Source of the DNA: Polyangiales bacterium
GTDB taxonomy: Bacteria > Myxococcota_A > Polyangia > Polyangiales > Polyangiaceae
Direction of reading: 5' to 3'
Length of the DNA stretch: 52,053 bases
Assembly: GCA_038231275.1 (NCBI GenBank)
Contig: JBBRLQ010000045.1
Span: 1 to 52,053 of the forward strand
Both the position numbers and the translations under genes were made by a program. This document shows positions 28,570-40,599 of this stretch, piece by piece. Each line of letters opens with the position of its first letter. Position 1 is the first letter of the stretch. The notes under the pieces are model-generated. The model saw nothing but the letters and a program-made list of their open reading frames with translations. It was not told the DNA's origin and made no database searches.

Positions 28570-31431
28570 TCACAGCCGCTGCTTGACCTCTTCGATTTCG
28601 TAGGACTCGACGACGTCCTTCTCCTTGAAGTCGTTGAAGCCCTCGATCGAAATGCCGCACTCGAAGCCCTCCGCGACGTCCTTCACGTCGTCCTTGAAGC
28701 GCTTCAGCGCGTTCATCTTGCCCTCGAACACCATCACGCCCTCGCGGACGACGCGGACGTTCGTGCCGCGCTTGATGAGGCCCTGGATGACGTACGAGCC
28801 GGCGACCGCGACGCCCTTGATCTTGAAGACCTGACGGACCTCGGCCTTGCCCTGCAGCTTCTCGGTGAGCGTCGGCGGGAGGAGGCCTTCCATGGCGCTC
28901 TTCACGTCGTCGATCGCGTTGTAGATGATCGAGTAGAGGCGAATCTCGACCTTGTTCTCTTCGGCGAGCGAGCTCGACTTGCCTGCCGGGCGCACGTTGA
29001 AGCCGATGACGATGGCCTTGGCGGCGATCGCGAGGTTGATGTCCCCCTCGGTGATCGCGCCGACGCCGGCGTGGATGATCGAGAGGCGGACCTTCTCGGT
29101 CGACAGCTTCGCGAGCGCGTCCGCCACGGCTTCGACCGAACCCTGCACGTCGCCCTTGATGACGATGCGCAGCTCTTGCTGATCCGCGTCGGTGATGCGC
29201 TTGCTGAGCTCCTCGAGCGAGACCTTCGCCGTCGCGGGGATGAGGCTCTTCGCCATCTTCCCCTTGCGGCTCTCGGCGATCTCTTGCGCCTTCTTCGCGT
29301 CCTTGACGGCGTGCATCGGATCGCCGGCGCCGGGGACGTCGGAGAGGCCGAGGATCTCGACCGGCGTGGAGGGCCCTGCCTCGTGGACGGCCTTGCCGTG
29401 CTCGTTCGTCATCGCGCGGACCTTGCCGAAGCCGGCGCCCGCGAGGATGAAGTCGCCGACCTTGAGCGTGCCGTCCTGGACGAGCACGCGCGCGACCGGA
29501 CCGCGCCCCCTATCGAGAAGCGCCTCGAGGACGGTGCCGCTGGCGGCCTTCTTCGGGTTGGCCTTGAGGCCGAGCACCTCGCCCTGCAGCCCGATCATCT
29601 CGAGCAGCTGCGGGATGCCCTCGCCGGTCAACGCCGACACGTTCACGAAGATCGTTTCGCCGCCCCACTCCTCGGGCTGGAGACCCAGCTCGACGAGCTC
29701 GCGCTTCACGCGCTCCGGCTCGGCGCCGGGCTTGTCGATCTTGTTCACCGCGACGATGATCGGAACCTTCGCCGCCTTGGCGTGGTTCACGGCTTCCTTC
29801 GTCTGCGGCATGACGCCGTCGTCGGCCGCGACGACCAAGACGACGAGATCGGTCACGCTTGCGCCGCGGGCGCGCATCTGCGTGAACGCCTCGTGGCCCG
29901 GCGTGTCGAGGAAGACCGTGGCTCCGTGCGGCGTCATGACCTTGTACGCGCCGATGTGCTGGGTGATGCCGCCGGCCTCGCCGCCCGCGACGTTCGCCTT
30001 GCGGATCTTGTCGAGGAGGCTCGTCTTGCCGTGGTCGACGTGGCCCATGACCGTGACGACCGACGGTCGCACGACGAGCCCCTCTTCGACGACCTCGCCG
30101 GCGGTGGCGGTGGCGGCAGCGGCGGCGGCGGCGGCGGCGGTGGGAACCGGCTCTTCTCCGCGGGCCGCCGCGATGGCGCCCTCCTCGCTGACCGCGACGT
30201 CCTCGACCTCCCAGCCGAACTCGCTGGCGAGGATCTTGGCCGTGTCGGCGTCGAGCGTCGTGTTGATGTGGATGCCGGTCATCCCCATGCCGAGCAGCTT
30301 CATGAGGAGCTCGGTGGCCTTGAGGCTCATCTTCGCGGCCATCGCGGCGAGGGTGATGTTCTCCTCGATGCGGATGACCTTCTTGTGCGCGCTCATCTCC
30401 TGCGTGGAGACGATGCCGGAAGGCTTGCGCATCGGCATCGCGCCGAAGCGACCGCGGGCGCCGCCGGGACCCATCGGTCGGCCGCCCATCATGGGGCGAC
30501 CGCCGGGGCCCATCGGACCGCCGCGCGAAGGACCGCGTCCGGCCGGGCCTTGCGCGCCTGCGCGCGGATCGTACTGAACCCGGCGCGGCATCGAGCCGAC
30601 CGAGCCGCCGCCGATCCCAGTGCGCGGAGCGTTGATCGGAGTGGGCATCGGGACGCCCGGGCGACCCGTCCAGTACTCGACGCCGGTCTTGGGCGCAGCG
30701 GCGCGGGGCGCCGGAGCATCGGACGGAGGCGGCGGCGCTTCGGTCTGCGCGGGCCTCTCCTCTTGTACTGGCGCCGCGGGGGCGAGGGCGGCGGCGACGG
30801 GCTCGACGCGTTCCATCGGCGGCGGCGGCGCGATCTCGGCGACGACGCGGACGCTCGCGGGCGGCGGCGGAGGCGGCGGCTCAGCGACGTCACGGGTCGA
30901 CGGCAAGGCGGCGCGCGACGATCGCGGCGCCGGAGGGGGCGGCGGGGTCGCGACGTCGAGATCACGCGTGCTGCGGCGCTCCTCGGGCGGCGGAAGCTTG
31001 GGCTGCGACGGGAGACGCGCGCTGCTCTCGCGATCGCGCAGATCTCGCACGCTGCCGGGCGAGCGCTGCACGTCGTCCATCGGCAGCGAGCTGCGCGAGC
31101 TCGGCATCGCCTGCTCGAGCACGGAGCGCGGCGCGGCCACGTCGAGCTGCGACACCGGCGTCGGCGGGATTTGCCCGCTAGGCACGTCGGGCGTGCTCTT
31201 CGCGATGGCGCGGCGGCGGATGACGCGACCGTCGGTGCGGGCCTTCTCCTCCACGACGTCGTGCGTGCGGGCCTTCTCGAGGTGGCGCTTCACGCGCTCC
31301 ACCGCCTCCGGGTCCACCGAGGACATGTGGTTGCGGACGTCGGTCACGCCCACGGTCTGGAACAGGGTCACCACCTGTTTTGGATCGAGGTTGAGCTGCT
31401 TGGCCACTTCGTAAACGCGCACCTTGCTCAT
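28570..31431 (-). CDS. infB: translation initiation factor IF-2
   Basis: [50 protein letters not shown]...GFECGI. Confidence 0.98.
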   Translation of the reverse strand: MSKVRVYEVAKQLNLDPKQVVTLFQTVGVTDVRNHMSSVDPEAVERVKRHLEKARTHDVVEEKARTDGRVIRRRAIAKSTPDVPSGQIPPTPVSQLDVAAPRSVLEQAMPSSRSSLPMDDVQRSPGSVRDLRDRESSARLPSQPKLPPPEERRSTRDLDVATPPPPPAPRSSRAALPSTRDVAEPPPPPPPASVRVVAEIAPPPPMERVEPVAAALAPAAPVQEERPAQTEAPPPPSDAPAPRAAAPKTGVEYWTGRPGVPMPTPINAPRTGIGGGSVGSMPRRVQYDPRAGAQGPAGRGPSRGGPMGPGGRPMMGGRPMGPGGARGRFGAMPMRKPSGIVSTQEMSAHKKVIRIEENITLAAMAAKMSLKATELLMKLLGMGMTGIHINTTLDADTAKILASEFGWEVEDVAVSEEGAIAAARGEEPVPTAAAAAAAAATATAGEVVEEGLVVRPSVVTVMGHVDHGKTSLLDKIRKANVAGGEAGGITQHIGAYKVMTPHGATVFLDTPGHEAFTQMRARGASVTDLVVLVVAADDGVMPQTKEAVNHAKAAKVPIIVAVNKIDKPGAEPERVKRELVELGLQPEEWGGETIFVNVSALTGEGIPQLLEMIGLQGEVLGLKANPKKAASGTVLEALLDRGRGPVARVLVQDGTLKVGDFILAGAGFGKVRAMTNEHGKAVHEAGPSTPVEILGLSDVPGAGDPMHAVKDAKKAQEIAESRKGKMAKSLIPATAKVSLEELSKRITDADQQELRIVIKGDVQGSVEAVADALAKLSTEKVRLSIIHAGVGAITEGDINLAIAAKAIVIGFNVRPAGKSSSLAEENKVEIRLYSIIYNAIDDVKSAMEGLLPPTLTEKLQGKAEVRQVFKIKGVAVAGSYVIQGLIKRGTNVRVVREGVMVFEGKMNALKRFKDDVKDVAEGFECGISIEGFNDFKEKDVVESYEIEEVKQRL

Positions 31432-32042
31432 CTCTCCTCCCGCCCTTTGCATGCTTCACTCCTGGAACGGGCCTCTTGAATCTCACGTGCGATCTCTGCG
31501 TGCGTGACGCAGAAGATCCCTACTTCGTCGCGACCGAACAGCTTTCCGAGCTCCGCCTTGTCTTTCCAGACCACCGCGCGACCCTCGGCGGCCGCGCGCC
31601 TCACTTCGTCCTTCTTCACGACGCTCCCGGCGTCGCATGCGACGATGGCGAGCACCGGACCGCGCATGAGCGCGTCACACGACGCGTCGGTGCCGATCTC
31701 GACGTGACCGGCGCGGCGCGCGCCGAGGACGAGGCCCGTCACGCGTCGGTCGTGGGCCTCCACGATCTGGGCGACGAGCTCGTTCACGTTCGCGCGGACC
31801 TTCGCGTGGAAGGAGCGGGCGAACCCGCCCTTGCACGCCTTGGCGAGGCAGTCGTATGTCGGGTGGACGTGCGCGCCGCGCCCCACCGAGCTGCCGCCGA
31901 CGACTGCCACGACCTCGTGCTCGCCGTTCGTCTGGGCGCCCATCACGACGCGCAAGAAAGCGCGCGGCGCATCCGTGCGGCCGCAGCCAGCGCAGGTGCG
32001 CTCGCTCCTCTTCGTCGTGTCGCTATCGTTCGCCAAGACCAT
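31428..32042 (-). CDS. ylxR: YlxR (DUF448) domain fused to L7Ae/YlxQ-like domain
   Basis: ERTCAGC...GRGAHV...C then GL..ARRAG...A.DA...ELG.LFGR; lies between nusA and infB. Confidence 0.8.
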   Translation of the reverse strand: MVLANDSDTTKRSERTCAGCGRTDAPRAFLRVVMGAQTNGEHEVVAVVGGSSVGRGAHVHPTYDCLAKACKGGFARSFHAKVRANVNELVAQIVEAHDRRVTGLVLGARRAGHVEIGTDASCDALMRGPVLAIVACDAGSVVKKDEVRRAAAEGRAVVWKDKAELGKLFGRDEVGIFCVTHAEIAREIQEARSRSEACKGREER

Positions 32043-32137
32043 TTCTCTCTCTCCGTACCCCTCGTCTCAAGACCCGACCGGAACCGGTCAGGCCTTTCCG
32101 TCAGGAGCGTTTCGCTCCGCTGCGCTCCGCTCACTCA

Positions 32138-33778
<1,641 letters not shown>

Positions 33779-33833
33779 GGTTCCCTCGACGTGCGGTCTG
33801 CTTCTGAGTCGTGTGGATTGAGAGCCGTGCTCG

Positions 33834-34388
33834 TTACTTCTTCTTCTTGCCTGGCTTCGGCTGCGGGCCGAACTCGAAGACGAGGCGCGCCTGCGCCACG
33901 TTGTCGATCGTGACCGGGTACTCTTGGTGCCCGTCCGTGAGCGTGAAGGCGCCGTCTTTCGTCGGGCCGATGACGCCGATCACGACCTTCTGGCCCTTGA
34001 TGGCGTTGACGAACTTCACCTTGGCCTTCTTGCCGGCGAAGCGGATGAAGTCCTTCACGGCGCGGAGCGGGCGCTCGATGCCGGGCGAGCTGACCTCGAG
34101 GTGGTAGCGGAAGGCGACGAGGTCCATGGCGTCGAGCGCCGGTGAGAGCTCGCGAGCGACGCGTGTGCAGAGCTCGAGATCGACGGCGGCGTCCTTCGTC
34201 GACGCGTTGGTCTCGCTGCTGCCCAGCTTCTCCACGAAGACGCGCAGCACCCAGCCGCTCGCTTCGCTCTTCAGCTCGACGTCCACGACCTCACCACCGT
34301 TCGCGCGCACGATCGGATCGACAATCGGCGCGAGGCGCGCGCGATCGATCGCGAAAGGGTGGCTGCTCTTCGGGGCGAGGTCTGACAT
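33834..34388 (-). CDS. rimP: ribosome maturation factor RimP
   Basis: LRVFVE...C..V.RELSP.LD...YHLEVSSPGIERPL; start ATG 34388. Confidence 0.95.
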   Translation of the reverse strand: MSDLAPKSSHPFAIDRARLAPIVDPIVRANGGEVVDVELKSEASGWVLRVFVEKLGSSETNASTKDAAVDLELCTRVARELSPALDAMDLVAFRYHLEVSSPGIERPLRAVKDFIRFAGKKAKVKFVNAIKGQKVVIGVIGPTKDGAFTLTDGHQEYPVTIDNVAQARLVFEFGPQPKPGKKKK

Positions 34389-34503
34389 GGCGTGGCGAGA
34401 CGTGAGGGGGGCGTGGGGTGCGGCGCGGGCGGTGGTGGCGGCCGCGGTGGCGATTTCGTTTGAGAACAAGAACTTACGGAGGGTTCGGGCGCAGAAACGC
34501 GAC

Positions 34504-34540
34504 AAAAAAAAACGCAGGCCCCAGGTTTGGGGTCCGCGTC
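34504..34540 (-). terminator. intrinsic terminator in rimP leader (attenuator-like)
   Basis: Minus strand GACGCGGACCCC-AAACCT-GGGGCCTGCG followed by a run of 9 T. Confidence 0.8.
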
Positions 34541-34568
34541 TGACACAACCACCACCAGGAGCGCGCGA

Positions 34569-34597
34569 AACCTAGCTCCCTCCCGTCAGTCTGGCAA
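34569..34597 (-). promoter_or_regulatory. sigma-70-type promoter of the rimP-nusA-infB operon
   Basis: TTGCCA-17 nt-TAGGTT on the minus strand, about 30 nt before the leader hairpin. Confidence 0.65.
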
Positions 34598-34642
34598 GGA
34601 CATCGAGCACGACCGATGCCATAGGCCGAATTTACCGCAGTT

Positions 34643-36676
34643 TCAAAGGCCTGCCCACGCTCGCCAGTAGGGGAAGGTGAGCCACGCGAGCACGAGGAGC
34701 GACGCGAGCACCAAGAAGAAGGTGAAGACGCCGAGCATCGCGGAGCTGCGAGGTGCCTCGTCGGTGATGGTCCAGCGGCTCGGCCTCGGCGCCATCGGCG
34801 CGGGCGGAAACGCGATCGGCGGAAGATGCGGCCCGCTCGGCGGGGGCAGCGCGACGGCCATGGGCGGGTACGGCGAGTGCGCGACCTGCGGAGGCTGAGG
34901 GCTCGCCATCGCCATCTGCTGATGCGCCTGCGCGTGATCCAGCGTCTGCAACGGGACAGCGAGCGGCATCGTGCGCTGGCCGAAGATCGCCGCTTGCTGC
35001 GCCTTCCTCATGTCCAGCGTGGCGTCGATCGTCGAGACCGCCCGGCGGATCTCGCCACCTTGATCCATGTTGACCGTCTCCTCGAGGATGAGGGGCGGTC
35101 CCTTGGGCATGGCCGAGCGATCGAGGCTCGCGGTCTCCGCGAGCAGCTCCTCCACCTCTTCGTTCGCCGCCGTCGAGGGGCGCTGCACGCCGAGGGACTG
35201 CATCGTCGGCGCGACGCGACGCGCCGTGACGATGCTCGCCTCGCGGTCGGGCGGGAGATCCAGAGTGACGATGCTGTCGGCGTGGCGCCGTATCGGTTGC
35301 CCCGGCACGCTGACGCTGATGCTCTGATCCTCTTTCTGCTTCTCGAGCTCGCGCTCCGGAAAAGGATGCGGGAGGCCGGTCTCGCCCGCGACCTTCGTGA
35401 TCGTCGGCGCGTCCTCGCCGAGCTGTCGCTGCTTCGCGATGAGCTCGCGCTTCACCTCGGGGGGAAGCGTCGAGGTGATGCTGGGGTCCTCGGCGAACGA
35501 AGGGCGTCGCTTCGTCTCCGCCTGGACCGCGCGCACCGCCACCGTCGGCAGGGCGTGCAGGAGATCTTGCTGGATCTCGGTCTTCAGGTCGTCGACGTCG
35601 TCGGGGTGGATGCGCGGGACGGTGGTGGTGTCCGCTTCGCGGCGGACCATCCCGTGGAAGTCGACCGCCGTGACGATCTCGGGCTCGTCGTTGATCGGCC
35701 GCAGCGTCTCGTCCTCGCGGTCGGGCGAGGTCGCGCGAATGTCCGAGTTCGAGGCCGTGTTCGGCATCGAGGCCTCCCGCCGGCGCGCGCGGATGTACGG
35801 CCCCACCAGCGACTCGACGAGCTCGACGATGTCGCCCGCCGTTCCGACGCGGCGCCCAGCGGCCTCGAGGAGCGACTCGAGCATGGCCCCGGCGCCGACG
35901 TAGCGATCTCCGGGATCCGGCGCGAGCGCGCGCATCGCGACGTCGAGGACGCCATCGGCCCACGGCGCGTCGTCGGGCAGCGGCGGCACCGGGATCCCGC
36001 CGCGAAGCTGCGCGGCGACGAGGCCGTCGAGCGTGGTCTCGTCGAACAAGCGCTGTTGCGCCAGCGCCTCCCAGAGGAAGACGCCCACCGCGAACACGTC
36101 CGAACGCTCGTCGGCGTCGGCGTCGCCCCCGAGCGCGATCTCCGGAGCAAGGTACCCGATGGCGCTCTCCGCTCGGATCTGCCGCGCCGCGATCGCGAGC
36201 CGCGTGAGGCCGTCCGCGCCGACGAGGACGTCGTCGGGCCCGAGGTGCCCGAAGATCAATCGCTCGTGACGCGCGCCGCCAGTTCCGCCGTGCATCGCGG
36301 CGAGCCCGGCGAGGACGTCGCAGACGATTCGGAGCGTGACCTTCAGCGTCACCGGCCGGCTGTGCTCGCGGGCGGCCGCGAGGAGCATCGGGTACGGCTC
36401 GCCGTCGACGTAGTCGGTCGCGACCAAGATCTCGGCGCCGGCCGCCTCCGCGGACTTCACGCGGACGATGCACGGATGATCGACCTCGATCGCCCGCCGC
36501 GCCTCGGTCAGAATCGCGACCGCGCGGCCCGATGCAGCCACGCGATGGATGAGCACGAGCTCTCCGTCGTGCCGGCGACGGGCAGTCCACGTCCCCGGCC
36601 GTCCCGCGACCTCTCTCAGCAAATTGAATCGACCGAGGCTCTCGGAAGAGCTCGCCCCGGCGCGCTGGAGCACCAC
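34643..36676 (-). CDS. membrane-anchored Ser/Thr kinase-like pseudokinase
   Basis: Kinase scaffold (HPCIV, DYVDGE, GYLAPE, SDVFAVG..LWE) but VAIK, HRD and DFG are replaced by VLIH, FGH and IAA; C-terminal TM. Start uncertain (36676 or 36757). Confidence 0.8.
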   Translation of the reverse strand: MVLQRAGASSSESLGRFNLLREVAGRPGTWTARRRHDGELVLIHRVAASGRAVAILTEARRAIEVDHPCIVRVKSAEAAGAEILVATDYVDGEPYPMLLAAAREHSRPVTLKVTLRIVCDVLAGLAAMHGGTGGARHERLIFGHLGPDDVLVGADGLTRLAIAARQIRAESAIGYLAPEIALGGDADADERSDVFAVGVFLWEALAQQRLFDETTLDGLVAAQLRGGIPVPPLPDDAPWADGVLDVAMRALAPDPGDRYVGAGAMLESLLEAAGRRVGTAGDIVELVESLVGPYIRARRREASMPNTASNSDIRATSPDREDETLRPINDEPEIVTAVDFHGMVRREADTTTVPRIHPDDVDDLKTEIQQDLLHALPTVAVRAVQAETKRRPSFAEDPSITSTLPPEVKRELIAKQRQLGEDAPTITKVAGETGLPHPFPERELEKQKEDQSISVSVPGQPIRRHADSIVTLDLPPDREASIVTARRVAPTMQSLGVQRPSTAANEEVEELLAETASLDRSAMPKGPPLILEETVNMDQGGEIRRAVSTIDATLDMRKAQQAAIFGQRTMPLAVPLQTLDHAQAHQQMAMASPQPPQVAHSPYPPMAVALPPPSGPHLPPIAFPPAPMAPRPSRWTITDEAPRSSAMLGVFTFFLVLASLLVLAWLTFPYWRAWAGL

Positions 36677-36822
36677 CCTTACAAGATACCCTTCCCCGCG
36701 ATCGGTGCGGAAGATCTCGCGCGAAATATGCGTACTACGCGCGCCGGACCCGTCCACCCGTTCTGGCGCCAGGGTCGGCTGCTGGATGTGCCGACCCTAC
36801 ACGCCTCTGTACGCGGGATGCC

Positions 36823-39096
36823 TCAGAACGGCATCGGCACGGGGAGCGGCGCCGGCGCGGGCTTCTTCGGATCGGTCGGCGCAGGGGCGTTCTTGGTCGC
36901 GTCCTGATCCTGAATGATGAATTGCACGCGGCGGTTACGCGCCTTCATGGCCTCGGTGACGTTGGGCGCGATCGGCTTGGCGTCGCCGTAACCCTTCGCG
37001 ACGAGGCGGTCGGCGCCGACGCCGTGCTGCACGAGCCACGTGCGCACCGAGTTGGCGCGCTCGTCGGAGAGCTGACGGTTGTGATCGCTCGGGCCGGTGT
37101 TGTCCGTGTGCCCCTGCACCTCGATGCGCTTGATGCCGGGGTTCTTCAGGATGACGTCGGCGATCTCGCTCATGAGCGTGAACGACTCGGGCAGGATGAC
37201 CGCGCTGTTGAGCGCGAACTGGATCTGCTGACGAATCGTGATCTCTTTGCCGACGACGGTGACCGACGGATTCTTCGGGCGCTTCTTCAGCGCGATGTCG
37301 GCCGTCGCGTCGACGCGCGGCTTCACCTCGGTCGGGACGACCACGGTCATGTAGCCCTCCGCGTCCGCGGCGATCTGCACGGTGCCGGGGGCGACGCCCT
37401 CGAACCGGAAGCCGCCGCTGGAGTCGGCCGCCACGGGCGTCTCTTTGCCCGCGCCGTCCGTGAGCTTGATCGTCGCGCCGGGGATCGCCGCGTTCGAGTC
37501 GGCGTCCTTGACGTGCCCGGCCACCGCGCCCATCCGCGGGAGCGCCTCGAGCGCGCAGTCGGTGGTCATGTCGGTCTGCTTCTGGACCGTGGCCGCGCAC
37601 GCGCCGTCCTTGTAGCCCTCGGCGTGCACGACGAAGCGGTACTCGCCGTCGAGCAACTCCTGCGTGACGAACTTGCCGTCCGCGCCGGTCGCGAGGCTCG
37701 TGATCTCCGGGTGGTTCTCCCACACGACGATCGCGTTGGGGACGCCGCCCTCCTTGTCCTTCTCGTGGACGAGGCCCACGATCTTGGCCTTGGCCTTGGC
37801 CGGGCCCTGCACGATTCGATCGACCGTCTTGATCTTCTCGACCGGCGGGCGGTCCCACGTGTCGATCGCCCAGCCGGCACCGAGGAACAAGGTCCACGGC
37901 GGGGTCGGCGAGACCTCCTCGATGAAGGTGCCGACGCCCGTGACGCCGATGTCGAGTGCCGCGGTGAGGCCGAAGCCGTGCTTCCACGGGAAGAAGCGGC
38001 CGCCGAGCGTCAGCTTGCTCGGGGCGATCGCGTTGTTCGCGAGGCACTTGTCGGCGCTGGGGTTATTGGGCTTGCAGAGGTAGCCCTGGCGGTTGACCGG
38101 CGCGAGGAGGCTGTACTCGATGAACGGCCGCACCTTCTCGTCCGCCGCGAAGAACTCGCCGCCGAGGTGGATGTCGAAGTGATCGACGCGGTTCACGTTG
38201 AGGCCGAAGCGCTCGATGCGCGTGACGGGCTGGTTGCGCGCGACCTCGGTGGAGGCGAGGACGTCGCCGGAGTTGTCGAGCGAGTAGGTCAGGTTGAGGC
38301 TGAAGCGCAGCGGCGTGTGGCTCTGCAGACCGCGCAGGTCGGCGGTCGCGAGGCCGCGGAATTTCGCGCTGGTGCCGCTGCCGTCGAGGCCGACGGCGCC
38401 GGTGCCGTTGATGAGCCAGAGCTCCATCGCGCCGCCGACGTAGAACCACTTGTTGAGGCCGCCATGGACCTTGGCGCCGAAGTTGGTGTCGCCGAGGACC
38501 TGGAGGAGCGACGGGCGATTCGCCGAGTCGGAGTTCGCGAAGGCGCCGGTGGTCGCGTAGGCCTCGAGCCATTTCAGCACCGACGCGGTGACGCCGATCG
38601 TGCCGCCGATGTGATCGAGGCTGTCGTTCGTGAGCGGAGCGCCGCCGCGCGGGTTCTTGCAGGGGAAATCCGACGTGCAGAGGAAGCCCGCCGAGAAATA
38701 CTCGGTCATGAACTGCAGGCGAAACTGCCCAGGCGCGCCGCTCTGCGCGTGCTGCGTGCGAAGGAGGCCGACGCCGCCGGTGAGCGTCTGCGACTCGTTG
38801 AGCTGGCGATCGCGCTCGGCCCACTCGGCCTGCTTGTCGTCGCCTCCGCCGGCTGCACCTGAAGCCGCGTCGGCCGCACCGGCCGCTGGAGCCGCCGCCG
38901 CGCCCGTGCCTGCCGCGGCGTCCGTCGCGGGGGCCGTGCCCGTCGCCGCGCCAGTGCCCGTCGCTGCAGCGCCGGTCTGCGTGCTCGCGCCGCCGCCGAA
39001 GCTCACCGATCCGCCTTGCGCGAACGCGAGACTCGAAGCGCTCGGCACTCCCAAGAACGCGAGCAAAGGAACAAGTACCGCGCAAGAAGTTCGCAT
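36823..39096 (-). CDS. OmpA-family protein with N-terminal beta-barrel-like region and two carboxypeptidase-regulatory-like domains
   Basis: Signal peptide AFA-Q; IEVQGHTD...N..LS..RA..V...GYG...P...NRRVQF. Confidence 0.9.
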   Translation of the reverse strand: MRTSCAVLVPLLAFLGVPSASSLAFAQGGSVSFGGGASTQTGAAATGTGAATGTAPATDAAAGTGAAAAPAAGAADAASGAAGGGDDKQAEWAERDRQLNESQTLTGGVGLLRTQHAQSGAPGQFRLQFMTEYFSAGFLCTSDFPCKNPRGGAPLTNDSLDHIGGTIGVTASVLKWLEAYATTGAFANSDSANRPSLLQVLGDTNFGAKVHGGLNKWFYVGGAMELWLINGTGAVGLDGSGTSAKFRGLATADLRGLQSHTPLRFSLNLTYSLDNSGDVLASTEVARNQPVTRIERFGLNVNRVDHFDIHLGGEFFAADEKVRPFIEYSLLAPVNRQGYLCKPNNPSADKCLANNAIAPSKLTLGGRFFPWKHGFGLTAALDIGVTGVGTFIEEVSPTPPWTLFLGAGWAIDTWDRPPVEKIKTVDRIVQGPAKAKAKIVGLVHEKDKEGGVPNAIVVWENHPEITSLATGADGKFVTQELLDGEYRFVVHAEGYKDGACAATVQKQTDMTTDCALEALPRMGAVAGHVKDADSNAAIPGATIKLTDGAGKETPVAADSSGGFRFEGVAPGTVQIAADAEGYMTVVVPTEVKPRVDATADIALKKRPKNPSVTVVGKEITIRQQIQFALNSAVILPESFTLMSEIADVILKNPGIKRIEVQGHTDNTGPSDHNRQLSDERANSVRTWLVQHGVGADRLVAKGYGDAKPIAPNVTEAMKARNRRVQFIIQDQDATKNAPAPTDPKKPAPAPLPVPMPF

Positions 39097-39210
39097 CTCT
39101 ACTCCCAAGACTCTGTGTGGTTCGCAGCGAGCAAAAACGATCAATCTTTACGGCGCCAACGGTTCTAACACCGGTTGTGCCCACGCGGGAAGTTGTTACG
39201 AATACAGGGC

Positions 39211-40599
39211 ATGGCGTCCCGCGGCCGGATCCTCATCGTCGACGACGAAGCCAACGCGCGCGCGGCGCTCAGCGAGATCCTGAAAGACGAGGGGTACGCC
39301 ACCGAGACGGCCGCCGACGGCTTCAAGGGCCTCGGCAAGCTCGAGGAGTTCACCCCCGACGTCATTCTGACCGACCTGAAGATGCCTGGGCTCGACGGGA
39401 TCGCCTTCATGGAAAAGGCGAAGGCCGCGCAGCCCGGCGTCGTGTTCGTGGTCATGACCGCGTTCGGAACCATCACGAGCGCGGTCGAGGCAGTGAAAAA
39501 AGGGGCGGAGAACTACCTGACGAAGCCCCTGGATTTCGACGCCCTCGCCGCGGTCGTGGAGCGTGCCATGGAAAAGGCGCGGCTCCTCCAGGAGACTCGA
39601 CAACTGCGCGATCGTTTGCGCGAGCGCAATGCGATGAGCCACATCGTATCGGACGATCCGAAGATGGGCGCGGTGCTGGATCTCGTCGCGCAGGTCGGGC
39701 CGAGCAAGGCGAGCGTCCTCATCACCGGCGAGAGCGGCACCGGAAAAGAGCTCATCGCCGAGGCCATTCACCTCGCGTCGCCACGCGCGCAGAAGCCGTT
39801 CGTTCGCCTCCACTGCGCTGCGCTCGCCGAGTCGCTCCTCGAGAGCGAGCTGTTCGGCCACGAGCGCGGCGCCTTCACCGGCGCGGTCGCGCGGCGCGAA
39901 GGCCGCTTCAAGCAGGCCGACGGGGGCACGCTGTTCCTCGACGAGATCGGTGAAATCCCGATGGGCACGCAGGTCAAGCTCCTGCGGTTCCTTCAGGAGC
40001 GCACGTTCGAGCGCGTCGGAGGCAACGAGACGTTGAAGGTCGACACGCGCATCCTCGCCGCCACGAATCGCGACCTCAAGGCGGAGATCGACGCAGGGAG
40101 ATTTCGCGAGGATCTGTACTACCGCCTCAACGTCATCACGGTAGAGCTGCCTCCCCTCCGTGATCGCAAGAGCGACATCCCCGCGCTCGCGAGCTTTTTC
40201 TTGGGGCGCTATGCCGTCGAGAACGGAAAGACGATCGAGAGCTTCCAGGAAGACGCGCTCGCGAGGCTCACCGGCTACGCGTGGCCGGGCAACGTGCGCG
40301 AGCTCGAGAACGTCGTCGAGCGCGCGGTGGTCTTGTGCGACGGTCCACACGTCGAGGTGAAACACCTTCCGCCGTCACTCGTTCCGGAAGCGCACAGAGA
40401 CGGTCCGCCGCCCGTGCCGGGATCGACGATCGCCGACCTCGAGAAGTTCGCGATCCTGAAGACGCTCGAAGCGTGCGGCGGGTCGACGTCGAAGGCCGCG
40501 CTCATCCTCGGGGTGTCGACGCGCAAGATCCAGTACAAGCTCCACGAGTACGGCGAGGCCGCAGAGCCGCCCGCCGAAGAGCCCGGTGCCCTGCCATGA
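39211..40599 (+). CDS. sigma-54-dependent response regulator (NtrC family)
   Basis: ILIVDDE...TDLKMP receiver; [31 protein letters not shown]; Fis HTH. Confidence 0.95.
   Translation: MASRGRILIVDDEANARAALSEILKDEGYATETAADGFKGLGKLEEFTPDVILTDLKMPGLDGIAFMEKAKAAQPGVVFVVMTAFGTITSAVEAVKKGAENYLTKPLDFDALAAVVERAMEKARLLQETRQLRDRLRERNAMSHIVSDDPKMGAVLDLVAQVGPSKASVLITGESGTGKELIAEAIHLASPRAQKPFVRLHCAALAESLLESELFGHERGAFTGAVARREGRFKQADGGTLFLDEIGEIPMGTQVKLLRFLQERTFERVGGNETLKVDTRILAATNRDLKAEIDAGRFREDLYYRLNVITVELPPLRDRKSDIPALASFFLGRYAVENGKTIESFQEDALARLTGYAWPGNVRELENVVERAVVLCDGPHVEVKHLPPSLVPEAHRDGPPPVPGSTIADLEKFAILKTLEACGGSTSKAALILGVSTRKIQYKLHEYGEAAEPPAEEPGALP

Noticed and set aside
36823..39096. OmpA protein as TraB of outer-membrane exchange
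   Set aside because: No thrombospondin-type DxDxDG repeats and no adjacent TraA-like gene.
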